A DNA stretch of 64,000 bases. Origin: Calcarisporiella thermophila CBS 279.70. Taxonomy: Eukaryota > Fungi > Calcarisporiellomycota. This document shows positions 13,899 through 27,312 of the stretch, piece after piece. The DNA is taken from positions 298,421 through 362,420 of the forward strand of contig NW_027192215.1 in the NCBI RefSeq assembly GCF_041956535.1, read 5' to 3'. The notes beneath the pieces are model-generated. The model ran no database searches and had not been told where the DNA came from. It saw only the letters and a list, made by a program, of their open reading frames with translations. Each line of letters begins with the position of its first letter. Positions within the stretch are counted from its first letter, which is position 1. The position numbers and the translations under genes were made by a program.

Positions 13899-15017
13899 GA
13901 TTCACCCTTGTGTAAAAGTTTCAAACGATTGTGCCTTTTTCAATGCCAAATTACAATTTCTGAGAGCTACCGGTGATATAGTAGAAACGATATGTTGACG
14001 ATATATTGGGACATTGAGATAGTGTACCGACCTTTACATTCGTAGTGTTTACATAGCAATTTCATTTCGTCCACTTATTTAAAATAAAAGAATAGAGTTT
14101 AATAGACTTTTTTGAGCTATCTAAAAATTCAAATGGCAGGCCAGGTTTCTAGTGGGCGAATGCTATTAGAATCCGCGGAAAGTATCAATTAAATCAGATT
14201 AAAAAGAAACATAAAAAACAAGCAAAAAGAGAACACTCCTGCTTTGATTTGGATAATTTAGAATAAATGTTTTTTCCTAGTGGAGTAATGGACAAAAAAT
14301 TCGCTAATCTAGTATTCTTCGTCGGGCAGTTCGCATTATCAGTATCCATTGATTAGGCGGTTGAATGTGTTTTATAATAAATGAGGAATACCTAGGTATT
14401 TTTACGTTAAACCAAAAGCAAGGCAACCGTACAATTCTACATAAGTCAGAGGTTAAGCAATTTAAGAAAGCAACATTTGACAGCCGCTATAAACTTGTTG
14501 CCGTGAGTCAGCTGTCAGTAGAAAAATCGAATTAATTACATGTTAAACAATATGGTCATGCGATCGCTTAAACGATCCCTGTAGAATTTCTGATCGAAGG
14601 CTAAGAAACATCTGCTTCTCAACCACACTCTAAGATTAGATCAAAGTTTGTAGTGATAGTTTATAGTTAAAGAGTTGAGAAAATCTCCAAATATTTGACG
14701 ATCCTGTTAACCTCCATCTACTGTCATTAGATAGGAATATGAATGTCACCTAGGAGCTTGCATTACAAGAATATGACATCATTCCTTCTTGGAGCGATTG
14801 ATTAATCTAGAAACTATGCCAATAGCTATGATTATTAAGTAATTAAAATAGCTATTGTTACTGAGTAGTTGCTTATTTATCCTACATATTTATCCTCAGT
14901 ATATTAGAAAGATCTGAACTACTGCAGTGACTTGGGATTTAATATTGGATCCGCACGTTTATTTTTATAATAACTCCACTTGTATGCTATCTCATCCTAG
15001 CTGGAGCTTTTGAGTGG

Positions 15018-15067
15018 CAATATAAAAATCTGTATAATGTTTGATCATTATACAGATTTTTATATTG
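15018..15067. repeat. Perfect inverted repeat, 22-bp arms, 6-nt loop
   Basis: caatataaaaatctgtataatg-tttgat-cattatacagatttttatattg. Confidence 0.9.
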
Positions 15068-15365
15068 TCTTCTCACGTCTGCATCCATACGAATATATCA
15101 TTAAGCCAATACATTAGCGTAGAATACATGTCTCTGTAACTATTAATTGAAGGATCATTCAAAAGCTCATGATAGCATTCTATTATAGGCAATTAGGTGA
15201 TCAAACGCGGGTATATGCGTCAATATCTTACAATGAATCCTATTAAAAGATACAGTAAACACGGGTTCTCCTACGTCTCCTATTTTACATTTGATATATT
15301 TACAAGATTTTACATTATCCAACATGAATATGCCTAATTTCCAGTTTTCCTCCACATCCATCTCC

Positions 15366-16492
15366 CTACCACTGCTCCGTATTCATGATATTTTGGTTGC
15401 CTTCATGTTCATCAGCAGAAAATAATGAATTGCTGAAGATCTTGTAATGCGAGAGGGCCCGCACGACGGCAGGATTGAGAAGAAACACGAGCAAATTTAA
15501 GATACCTTGCAATCCAGAAGTTATTGCATCAGCGCGCATTGCTGCCATGACAGAAGGTGAAATCTCCGGATTCATATAGTAAATCCAGTCGAGAATAATG
15601 CCCGCAGGACAACATATCAAGAGCACCATAGGATAGAGCAGTATTCGTAATACGGAATAGGTAAACTGCCGCTCTCTGGCTTGCATGTCCACCGACGTGG
15701 ATTCGAAATTCTCTCGGATGATGTGGAGGGATTTGAAAACGCGAAACACTACGGCGAGAATTACAGCAAATGAGTATAATATGGCGGAAGCCATCCATAA
15801 GTCGTAGCAGAAGGTTTCAAGAATAATGGCCTGTGTACGCTCTAGAGATATATAAACTATTTGCTAAAAAGGTAAAAACACATCATTAGGATTCCAGATG
15901 GTAGCTCTATCAGCTGAATCCCTCATTACAAATTCTGGATTCCAATATATATTGCCAACGAATAGGAAGGGCAGAGGGATTATTGAGCTAACTAGCGCCG
16001 CTAAGGGAGAGTAGAACCTCTGAATTATCTTGATATTAACGCGACGACAGAGGAAGGAGAGGTGTAGATCGAGCGCAATTGCGGCACTTAGAAATGCAAA
16101 CCACATTAAAAAAAAGAAGGATGTGTATACTAATAGCCGCGGAAACCAAGGTATCGTGGACACAGTAATGTTCATCAAGGAAGGATTGACGCGGATCAAA
16201 AAGTTGGCCTAGCAATACAGAAGACAAAAGCTTAGTTCTGTAATATTGGAAGATGCCCAGTTGAACCTCTTACGCGGGATAATACATCGACTAACCCAAT
16301 CCAAAGCGAGAGTTTAAGTGATATTGTGTTGGAGATGGTAGGCCGCTTACACCGAAGATAGATAGTTATCGCCATCATTATAAGGGCACATATGATGGAT
16401 ATGATATGTAGCCAGCTGTATTGACTCTGTACTGTGTATGAGTAATTATGCGTAGACTCCGAGGTACGGTTTTGATTCTGCTCGATGTTCAT
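15366..16492 (-). CDS. 7TM GPCR, subfamily A, 331 aa (exons 16492-16274, 16208-15930, 15863-15366)
   Basis: Same motifs and intron positions as its neighbours. Frame is intact. Confidence 0.85.
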
Positions 16493-17964
16493 ATTATGCT
16501 TGTCGTTTTAAGCACAGGATAAAGTTTACAAGCGGTGTGAAGGAAGAATTGACAGTAATTAAGTGGCTAAATTTTCCTTTCAAAAAATTCTGAAACTATT
16601 TTCACAATATAACATGTCTCAGTTGGAATTTCCATTAATAATTTGATTTTGAATTATAGTTTATACGGTTATTTGGATCCCGATTGATAAGAGGAGGATC
16701 ATATCTAAGCACACAATTGAAAATATGAAACGATTATGTTTGTAATGGATAAGGATACTGAAGTTTCTGGACCGAAAATCACTGTGCATATATGGAAGTA
16801 TCATGTCGATGAGAGGCGTACTAAATAACAGGTTTATTTTTCAAATACCGGCAATAAAATCTTGGACAAAGAACATCCGAAATGCATAAATGTCTGCAAG
16901 GTTATTTTACCTCACCGGCAAAGTATTAAGACAAAAAAGAGAGCAAATAACCTTTGGTCACATGGGGAACAAGGCGACCATGGATGGTTAATAGTCAATA
17001 GCCTATAAATATGGAGTTAGAAAGACATTGTGCATGCTATAACTACATAAAATTTTACACGTGGCAAAAATTTTATAGTGAAATTTATACTATTTATGTG
17101 AAAAAAAAATAACCCTTTGATAATATTTGTACATCCTGCATTTAGTTTGGCTAGACACTCATTGTCCTGCACCAATCAAGCTGGTCATAGTTGGCACTCT
17201 AGAGAGGTTTTCAGACAACAATTATCCTCTCCGACAATTGAAAAGGTGAGGGTCTTTTGCAATGATAATGAGGGGGAGCCTGCACAACAACTGAATTAAG
17301 AAGGAATATGTGCAATTTTAAGATGTATTGCAATCTGAATATTATGGTACCGAATGCAAAAGCAGCAATAAAAAATGCAGATAATATGGAAAAATAGGTT
17401 CTTGCGGATTACAAATCCGAGAGACGACGAAATTCAACACAGGGTGTTGGAAAAGTATTTGTGAGAACGAGGGAATAGTTAGAGAGACTGCTGACCCTGA
17501 CTTATTAATTTCGCTTGAGTCTAGCGATGTGAGGCTTAAGTAGGTATTATCACGAAATCCAACCTATCTTAAAATGTGCCTGTTGCACCTATAAATCTAG
17601 ATAGAATAGAAATATCTCCAACGTGACCCTCTTTATTCATATGTAAACCCCTATTAGCCCTTATAGTCCTCCAAGATATTATCGTAAATGCGTAAATATC
17701 TTTTACATGCTTTTCCTAGTTTCAGATGTATACTGTTAGTTATGTCTACAGCATTTAATTATTGAACGTTTTTTTTTTTTGCCATAATGGATATTTTGTT
17801 GAGTTTCATTTTTACATATATAAAAACACATTTTATTTAGGTAAATGTCTAGGTAATCGTACTTCAAAAGTATAAATTCATTAAGCTAAAAGAATCCATG
17901 AGACATCAAAAAACACTAGGAAAACAATACAACATACGATCAAGCTTCGGCTGTACACATTGTT

Positions 17965-17979
17965 TTGTCCTTGAGAAAA
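17965..17979 (+). promoter_or_regulatory. Conserved upstream motif TTGTCCTTGAGAAAA (subfamily B GPCR genes)
   Basis: Begins 189 bp upstream of ATG 18154 and recurs 174-189 bp upstream of the other subfamily B starts. Confidence 0.65.
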
Positions 17980-18153
17980 TAAAACTTTAATTCAGCTTCA
18001 AACTTTAAAATCGATATAAACGAGGATGAGAGGATGAGTTTTTGTTACGAGGCTAAAGCCTACACTACATTCATTACGTGAGTAAATCAAGTTATCCAGA
18101 TTGAAAAGAAAACATTGCACTGATAATATTATACTGATTGCAGATTTTCGAAA

Positions 18154-20611
18154 ATGAAATTCGCTATTTCAGATGGTGAATTAGCGATTAATTTCGCGTC
18201 GGTTGTGTGCGGTACACCCATAATGATACTAGTCGTTTTACTTCGGTACACACAGCCTCAGGCCACGCGTAGCATTTCTTTCAAACTAAGCTTTTGGATT
18301 GGTCTTTCCGATGCTCTCTATCGTAGTTTCTATATTATTTACGTGGCAAGTGACTTCTTAGATGAGGTCATTCCAAACAATCTCTGGCTGGGCCGAATTA
18401 TTTTTTGGTCTTTTCATTTCTTTCCTATATGGTTTTCGCTACTCACCGTGAGCATTGCTTTTGACTTGCAACTCTCGGCATTCCATAACAAGCTCACCGT
18501 ACAAAGGTATCAAAAGTGGTATCTCCCTGTATCCACCTTAGTTGCATTCGGCTTATGCTCTCCTGTGCTATTCTATGCGAGCATGGGATATGATCCAAAA
18601 CAAGTAAGCTCTTGATATTAGTTTGCACCTTATAATTACTTACCCGCTAATTCATTTATTTATTGCAGCATAGAGTCATTTATGAGTGGCCTTATGAAGC
18701 CAATCTTATCAGAGTAGTAGTTTTTATTACTGTTATCTCTCTCTGCCTCTTGTATTCCTTCACGATCATTTTCTTCTGCGCGATTAAGGTTTTCTCTACG
18801 GTATTCCGCGTAAGAAGAGAAAAGGACCATCATGGAGAGAAGAATCGCCAAAGAGAACGCCTTTTGATAATGTCTGTTCTTCGACTACTAGGATATCCGA
18901 CTGTATTTATTTTATACATGCCTGCTGAGTGTATAATGCATTATATAATTATCACTAAGACTCGCGACACACCTTTCTGAGACTTCACAGGAAAAGCAAA
19001 GGCAATCTTGACTGGAATGATCGGTATATTCAACTTCATCATATTTTTATTTAATCCGCCTTTCTCAAATGCAGTCAGCAAATTTTTTAAGAAAACACAA
19101 TGTCCACAATCCAAATCGCGAAGCATCTCATATGCATCCACTAAAATGGATGGAGGAGACAACGCGCCGCAATTTGAATCTTTTATATGGAAAAATCCAA
19201 TTAACAAGCCAGCTCTGGTAGAAGAGCAGCCTGCAACTCTTTTCAAAAAGGTTAGGTTTGTGCAGAGTTGTCCGAGAATGAAAGAGGAGTTGTTACCAAA
19301 AACCGGTGCTCAGTTGAAGGGAAATACTGCAACAAGTGCATTTGCTCTGCATCAAGTTGCATTTTCTCCATCAGATATACCAGAATCGCGTACAAGTGAA
19401 ACTGGATACAGATATATAATGGGAAGGTGTTTTTGTGCAATTACAGGTTAATATTCTCATTCGCTATTGCTAAGAGCACTTAATCTCTAATATTATCTTC
19501 ATAGGAATCCACTACATTCTACCAAATGATGAGGAGAGATAGAGAGGCTAATCAACCAACATTACTTCTTTCGGTACATTATTTTATACTTGCGAAAATC
19601 TTGAAGCATTTGTTTAAAATTCCAAACTATTAGATCATTCTTCTCCAATCGCAACTTCCAATCTCCGGTTAAAGAAAGCTTGCTGGATGGTGCAATAGTG
19701 CTAGATGTAGGGTAAATATTGCTTATTACGACGTATATTAAACATTTTTTTCTCAACTACCTTTTGTTGTGGTTAGGTGTGGACCAGGTATATGGACCAT
19801 GGAGATGGCCACAGAATACCCGAGAAGCCAGTTTCATGGCATCGACATATGCGATATGTTCCCGCAGCAAATCAGACCAGCCAACTGCCATTTTCAGATT
19901 GCGGATATCCTCAAGAGGCTACCATTTGAGGACGCGCAGTTTGACTTCATATACATTCGATGTATGAGTCTAGCAGTATTCCAGAGTGAATGGCCGGATG
20001 TGATCTCTGAGATATTCCGAATCATAAAGCCTGGAGGTTATTTGGAATTTGTCGAAGCGGGTAAGAAGAGACCGGAAGATGATTCTTTACACATAATGGC
20101 TTACATATATCACTGTAGATTATGCGATTCAATGTGACGGAAAAGCACTCCGAAAAATCACGGAAGGGAGTCAGTATATGAAATTTTGCCACAGCTTGTT
20201 TGAATATTACTAATAAGTTCTTCTCTCATGATTTTTATCGTAGTTTACAATACATTACGTGCACGAGACACTCACCCATCATGGGCGTGTAGAATCGGCG
20301 AATATTTGAGGTTCATTGGTACTGAAGATGTAAATTCCTTCTCCCATCCAATTACAGTCAGTAGTCAATCTGGTGAAGATGTGAGTTGCGGGAAAGATTA
20401 TTGGATGCACTTTCTTCGTGCAATTAAGCCGCATCTTGCTCAGGTGATGTACATCAGCCCTGAGGAATATGACGAGCTGCAGCAATGCGTTTATCGAGAA
20501 TTAAGTGCTGATAATATCCGCATTGATGTAGTGAGTACATATGGGTGGAAGCCATTTAAGATAATCCAGGTACGGGAGGATGACGAGCAGATAGATACGT
20601 TTTCAGGATAA
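18154..20611 (+). pseudogene. Disrupted 7TM GPCR-methyltransferase fusion gene
   Basis: Same 7-exon layout as 24699-27168 and 31730-34193. It has an in-frame TGA at 18978-18980 where paralogs have a Gly codon. Exon 3 (19505-19573) is 69 nt rather than 70, giving GAG GAG AGA TAG (frameshift and stop). Confidence 0.8.
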
Positions 20612-21004
20612 TCTAGGATTTGCCTGTTGGGCTTGAAATGGAAGAATTGTGTGATATGTACTTAAAAAAATTTTTTTATTTATCATCTCAAATGTATAAT
20701 ATTTACAGTTTATTCCATTTTACGATTTTAATATTTAATTTTAATATCAAGCGAAATCTAAACATTAGATCCCATTATATCATATAAATTATCTTTTACA
20801 AGTTAATTAGCCACAAATTTAATGTAGTATCCACTTTTTTTTTAGCAACTGAGCTGAATTAAAGATGCTTGGTAAGTTACTCTTAGACACTTTGTTTTTA
20901 AGGGGCAGAGTATTCTACTAGAAAACACTATAAAGTTAATACAGAGTTTGGGACTTATTTAGTATATTTTCTGTGAACGAAAATATTCCTTGTATTACAG
21001 GATT

Positions 21005-21019
21005 TTGTCCTTGAGAAAA
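21005..21019 (+). promoter_or_regulatory. TTGTCCTTGAGAAAA motif upstream of a decayed GPCR copy
   Basis: Exact match beginning 176 bp upstream of the relic ATG at 21181. Confidence 0.6.
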
Positions 21020-21180
21020 GTAAACATGATAAAAATAAAATAACGAGGGTGATATTAGCGTGCCTTAGCAAGTAGAAGATTTCCATTCGCTTTTACTTAA
21101 TAATAGCAAGCATCGTACTTTAAAAATTGAATTGATGAGAATGTAAACAGAGACATTCTTTTTATCTCAGGTGTTTGGAG

Positions 21181-21715
21181 ATGAAATTTGGATATCTGAA
21201 GAAGAATTGGCAAATAAGTTCGCTTTAATTGTATGCACTGCGCTCATTCTGTGTTAGTTTCCTCGCTACATTCAGCCTCAGGCTAGGTGTAGTACCAAAC
21301 TTAGTTTTTGGACTGGCCTTTTTGATACTTTCTACCGATACATCATTTATGCGGCAGATGATTTCCACGATGAAATCATGCCAAACAACAACCGGCTCGG
21401 TCGGATTATTGCGTAGTCTTTTTTATTATTCATGTAGTTTCCATTGCTCACTGTGATTATTATTTTCAACTTATAGATTTCAGCTTCCGCATGAAGTTCA
21501 GCTAACCTTATGGAGTATCACACAAAAATAGGAAAAGGCATAAAAGGAGAGAAGAATAGGGAGGGTCTTGTTATGAAGGCTGTGCTCCGATTCCTGGGAT
21601 ATCCGCTGGTACTCTATTTGCTTGCCAGCAGAATGCATGATACATTATTTAATCTTAACTATTTCTCGTAGCAAATTTTGGCGATGCCACAGGAAATGCG
21701 AAGACAATAATACTA
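21181..21715 (+). pseudogene. Heavily decayed subfamily B GPCR
   Basis: Nucleotide remnants of MKF.ISE.ELA, RYIQPQA, LSFWTG, GEKNR, VLRFLGYPLV, PAECMIHY and TGNAK, with many indels and internal deletions. Confidence 0.75.
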
Positions 21716-22367
21716 CACGCGATGTAGAATGATGAGAAAATAGGCAGTGTGCTTTGATGATTAAGGCATGATTGGTATCAATCTAGATGAGTTCCATTTT
21801 CAAAAAAAACATATTCCTGATATTGCTTAATATCATCTGAGATTTTCGCAAATACGATTTTTTTAGCCTGTATGTAGAATTTTTATATACTAGATTCGTT
21901 ATCTCCTGTGTTAATTATTTTCTATTAATGTAAGACACAATATAACAGGAACAAAGCTAGATGCCCAACCTCACGATCTCTCCCAAATCTGAAGAATATG
22001 GATATTTAAGTGCCATCATATACTGAATATTTTTCTTAATACTATATCTAAAACAATAATAGATCTTTGAACGACCTTATAATTAGCTTATCTTGTAAAT
22101 ATTCTGTACATTTTAACGATAATTTTGTTCTATTAGCTATGTATACAGAGTATATTCCATGAAATTTTTATTATTATACCAGCAATTAGATTAAATTCAT
22201 TTTTATATTTATAGGAAGTATATCTAAAGAAGATATACTTAAAATTTTCAAGCAATTGTACTTCAAAATATACTCTTTAAAGCTATTTAGGATCCAGAAA
22301 ATAAAACTTCAAAGAATGTAGATAAGACTATGTACAATATGATCAAGCTTCCGCGGTATCCAATGCT

Positions 22368-22382
22368 TTGTCCTTGAGAAAA
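22368..22382 (+). promoter_or_regulatory. TTGTCCTTGAGAAAA motif
   Basis: Begins 189 bp upstream of ATG 22557. Confidence 0.65.
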
Positions 22383-22556
22383 GACAACTTTAAATCACCA
22401 TCAAACTTTAAAATTTATATATAAGAAGATTAGATGGATTTGTGTTTGCGAAATCAAAACCTATCCAGTATACGTTAAAAAAGTAATCAAATATTATCAA
22501 GATGAATATATAGCATCTATTCGGAAAAATAATGTACTAATTGAATGTATTCACAG

Positions 22557-23785
22557 ATGAACTTTGCCATTACAGATGGAGAATTGGCGATTAATTTCGC
22601 GTCAGTATTTTGTGGTGCACTCATAATGATACTCGTCGTTTTCCTTCGGTACACACAGCCTCAGGCCACGCGTAGCATTTCTTTCAAACTAAGCTTTTGG
22701 ATTGGTCTTTCCGATGCTCTCTACCGCAGCTTCTATATTATATACGTGGCAAATGATTTTGTCGATGCTGTTATGCCAAACAATCTCTGGCTGGGTCGAA
22801 TTATTTTTTGGTCTTTTCATTTCTTTCCTATATGGTTTTCACTACTCACCGTGAGCATTGCTTTTGACTTGCAACTCTCCACATTCCAAAACAAACTCAC
22901 CGTACAAAGGTATCAAAAGTGGTATCTCCCTGTATCCACCTTAGTTGCATTCGGACTATGCTCCCCAACGTTATTCTATGGAGGTATGGGATATGATCCA
23001 AAGCAGGTAAGTTTTATCTTTTTATAATAGTTTGCAATTTTCGGCAATTTACTCGCTATTTTATATATTTATTGCAGCATAGAGGTATCCTTGATTGGCC
23101 TTATGAAGCCAATCTTATCAGAGTAGTAGTTTTTATTACTGTTATCTCTCTCTGCCTCTTGTATTCCTTCACGATCATTTTCTTCTGCGCGATTAAGGTT
23201 TTCTCTATGGTATTCCGCGTAAGAAGGGAAAAGGACCTCCACGGAGAGAAGAATCGTCTAAGAGAGCGCCTTATGATAATGTCTGTTCTACGACTACTAG
23301 GATATCCGGCTGTACTTATTTTATGCATGCCTGCTGAGTGTATAATGCATTATTTGATAATTACCAACACTCGCAATACATCTTTCGGAGACTCCACAGG
23401 AAAAGCGAAGGCAATTCTGACCGGAATGATCGGCATCCTCAATCTGATCATATTTTTATTCAACCCAGCTTTCTCAGGAGCCCTTAGTAATTTCAAAATA
23501 TTCAAAGATGTTGAATATATGAAATATTGGAATCGGACCGCTGCCTACACAGATTATGCCAAGAAGTATCCGCATTTGCAACAAATTGCTGAAAATGCAC
23601 AGGCAGATGCCAAAGCGAGTGCAAATATAAACAAATTGGACACTGGGAAATCGGATGAGCCAGAGATTTCTCGAGTGCAAGAACAAAAGATCCTACCAAA
23701 TCAACACTTACTTGACGCAAAAAGAAAAGAAGATCGTATTCTTATACCCTTTTCGAGCGGGATTAGCGACTTTTCTACTCGTTAA
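22557..23785 (+). CDS. 7TM GPCR, subfamily B, receptor only with an unrelated C-tail, 385 aa (exons 22557-23006, 23078-23785)
   Basis: 7TM region closely matches the 18154 copy. Sequence after FNPAFS is unrelated to the fusion linker and no methyltransferase exons follow. Confidence 0.85.
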
Positions 23786-24524
23786 TATACCTTACATGCT
23801 TTAATGCTTTCTTTTCCTCATCTTAAATGTATCTTCTTGATTTTGATTATTAATTGTTTTTTATAATTGAGTTAATGCTTAAGGAACTACTACATATTTG
23901 TCAACGATATTAATCAATATACTTCACTATTTAGTCGTTTTTAATTTATGGTTAGCAACTAGGAATTAATTAGTCTAACAATTTCTTAATCAGAATTATA
24001 CACAGATACTAAACATTTATTTAAATGGGTAGTAACAAATGGGCGAAGATTAGTAAGTAAATGGATCTTTTATAGATATCTGTAAGCACTTTCTTTGCAT
24101 ATGCCCATCTAAGCTAGTTTTCGTCTATCATTTTCTGATTTCTTGATTTTATACTTCTATTTATATATTTATTCTCGTGATATTCTGAAATGATATTTAT
24201 TTCACTAAAGACATATTTCGATTAATGTTGATTTATAACAGAGCTATTTTTCGTAACTAAAGTTTTTCTGTGTAATAATATGGTAAAAAAAATATTTAAA
24301 TTAGAAATGGTAGTATTTCTCATCATTTACGGATATCATAACTATTTCGTGGTGGTTTAGCAATATTTGAAAATATTATTAACCCTCACTGGTACTTGGC
24401 CTAGTTCATGCGATTTATTTTATATCATTCTAAATAATTTAACAAATGTAGTTTGGTGCATTTGTGGCTAAATGAGGTATTTGGAAAACTACCGTAACCC
24501 AAAACCTTGTGCGGTTTATAGAGC

Positions 24525-24539
24525 TTGTCCTTGCGAATT
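24525..24539 (+). promoter_or_regulatory. Variant motif TTGTCCTTGCGAATT
   Basis: Begins 174 bp upstream of ATG 24699, with flanks (atagagc...aactttgtaatggc) shared with other copies. Confidence 0.55.
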
Positions 24540-24698
24540 ATAACTTTGTAATGGCAATATATAAGAGATCAAATGCATCTGCTTGCGTTGACAAGCACAA
24601 GATCTCCTATCACTTTTACTCCACTAGTAAGCAAAAATATTTTACAGGTTAATTTAAAAATATAGTCCGAGTAAACTCTGATTTGCAGCAGCTAAAAG

Positions 24699-27168
24699 AT
24701 GAAATTTGCAATATCGAAAGGAGAGCTTGCCATTAATTTTGCCTCGATCGTATGTGCTACACTCATTATGGGACTTGTAGTTTTCCTTCGGTACACTCAA
24801 CCACAGGCTACACGCAGTATTTCTTTCCGACTTAGTTTCTGGATTGGACTTGCTGATGCTCTCTACAGAAGTTTTTATATCATATATGTGGCAAGCGAAT
24901 TTATCGACTCTGTCATACCCACCAATATCTGGCTCGGTCGGATTACTGCTTGGTCATTTTATTTTTTTCCTATGTGGTTCTCTTTGCTTACAATGAGTAT
25001 TGCATTTGATCTGCAACTTTCCGTATTTCACAAACACCTCAAAATACAGAGTTTTCAAAAGTGGTATTTAGCATTTGCAACTTCAGTCGCCTTCGGCTTA
25101 TCCTCACCTGTGCTATTCTATGGGTCCATGACATACGATCCGAACCTGGTCAGCTTACTTCTGATATCACTCCGCTGTTTCGAAATATTAACTTCATATA
25201 ATTTCAAATAGAAAAGAGTAATTTACGAGTGGCCATATGAAGCCAATCTTGCCAGAGTAGCGGTATTCATCGCTGTCGTCTCTATCTGCATATTGTATTC
25301 CTTTTCGATCATTTTTGCATTTGTGCTTAAGGTTTTCATCATGGTATATCGCTCAAGGAGAGAAAAAGACCAACAAAGAGAGCGAGACCGAATCAGAGAA
25401 CGCCTTGTTATGATGTCTGTGCTGCGACTCCTAGGATACCCAGTAGTACTCATCTTGTGTTTGCCAGCTGAATGTATAATGCAATATTTGATCTTTACCA
25501 ATTCTCGCAACACACCATTTGGCGATACCACAGGAAGAGTGAAGGCAATCCTGACTGGAATGATCGGTATCTTCAACCTGATCATATTTTTCTTTAACCC
25601 TTCTTTTTCAAGTGCCATCAGCGAACTTTTCAAGAAATCAACATGTCCGCAGTCTAAATCGCGAAGCATCTCATATGCATCTACTAAGTTGGATGGAGGA
25701 GACACCATTTTGCCTCATTTTGAATCCTGGATATGGAAAAATTCAAATAGAAATTCGACACCATCAGATGCAGTACTGTCTGCAGCTCGCTTCAAAAAAG
25801 TTAAATTTGCACAGGATTTGCGAGAGATAAAAGGCCAGATAGAACAAGTTACTAGCGCCCAATTGCAGCGAAATTCTACCTCAGCAAGCACAAATGCTCA
25901 GTGTCGACTAGTGTTTTCACCATCAGAGGTACCAGGATCGCACATAAATGACAATGGATACAATTGGGTAATGAGAAGGCGATTCTGTGCTGACTCAGGT
26001 TTTTATACCTATTCACATCGTCTTAGAAAATGCAATCACTGACTTGTACATCTCACAGAGATTCACTATATTTTACCAAACGATGAGGAGGAGATGAATC
26101 GGTTAATCAGTCAGCACTATTTCTTCCGGTATAGTATTTTGTAATAGTGCATATCATGAAGCATTTACTTGATATGCTTCACTATTAGATCTCTATTTTC
26201 CAATCGCAATTTCCTCTCTCCGGTTCAGGATGTCCTGAGAGATGGAGCAATGGTTCTGGATATAGGGTAAGTGTGCATTTTTAGGTGTACTTTAGTTATT
26301 TCTCCTCAGCATTCCTCTGATGTGGAAAGGTGTGGGCCAGGTACTTGGACTATGGAAATGGCTACAGAATACCCGAGAAGCCAGTTTCATGGCATCGACA
26401 TATGTGATATGTTCCCACAACAAATCAAACCAGTTAACTGCCACTTTCAGATTGCGAACATACTAAAGAAGCTTTCATTTGATGATGCATCGTTTGACTT
26501 TATATACATCCGATGTATGAGCTTAGGAGTATTCCAGAGCGAATGGGTGGAGGTGATTGCAGACGTGCTCCGAATCATAAAACCTGGAGGATACATAGAA
26601 TTTGTCGAAGCAGGTATTAATGCCCTAGATAATTGCAAATCGAATGAAAACCTTACTAATATATCACTTCGATTAATGTAGATTATGCGATCAAATGTGA
26701 CGGTAAAGCACTCCGAAAAATCACGGATGGAAGTAAGTATATAGGTTTCCTTTTGGCTCAGCTTATTTGAATGATACTAAGGGTTTCTTAATTTTCATCA
26801 CAGTTTACAACACATTACGTGCACGAGACATTCACCCGTCATGGACGCGTAGAATTGGCGAATACCTGAAATACATTGGTGTTGAAGATGTAAATGCTTT
26901 GTCCCTGCAATTTCCAGTTAGTAGGCTATCAAGAGAAGATGGGGGCAGTGGAGTGGAATATTGGATGCAATTCCTGAGTGCAATGAGGCCACATCTTGCT
27001 CAAGTGATGTATATTAGTCCCGAAGAATACGACGATCTACAACAAAACGTCTATCAGGAATTGAGTGCAGAGCGCTTTAACATTGATGTAGTTTGTACAT
27101 ATGGTCGAAAACCATTTAATATAACCCATGAAGTGGAGGATAGGCAAGTCGAAGTGCATCATAAATGA
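24699..27168 (+). CDS. 7TM GPCR-LaeA-like SAM-dependent methyltransferase fusion, 694 aa (exons 24699-25148, 25212-25998, 26059-26128, 26189-26266, 26330-26613, 26682-26732, 26804-27168)
   Basis: Exons sum to 2085 nt with an open frame. 7TM followed by RRFCADS|EIHYILPNDEEEMNRL, VLDIGCGPGTW, FHGIDI, FDFIYIR and RIIKPGGYIEFVE. Confidence 0.85.
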
Positions 27169-27312
27169 TTAATCGTGAGTTAAATCAGATAGATACCATT
27201 TGAAAAAAAAAGGATGTGTAATATCAGACTTATATTACCCGTGTATAAGGCAAAAGTCGTAGGATTTTAAAAGAAACGTTCTTTTTTTATTTGGTACAGT
27301 AATTCCATCAAG

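Noticed and set aside
18978-18980. TGA as recoded sense codon (selenocysteine, readthrough or alternative code)
   Set aside because: Paralogs have Gly here, a second frameshift exists in the same gene, and TGA is an ordinary stop in ATG8 and other genes.
26043-27168. Methyltransferase as a separate gene downstream of the GPCR, as the ORF track suggests (also 19505-20611 and 33062-34193)
   Set aside because: The apparent GPCR stop codons lie inside short introns at a conserved position. The methyltransferase's GRR motif is encoded upstream in the TM7 exon, and there is no intergenic space. An internal start at the linker Met cannot be fully excluded.
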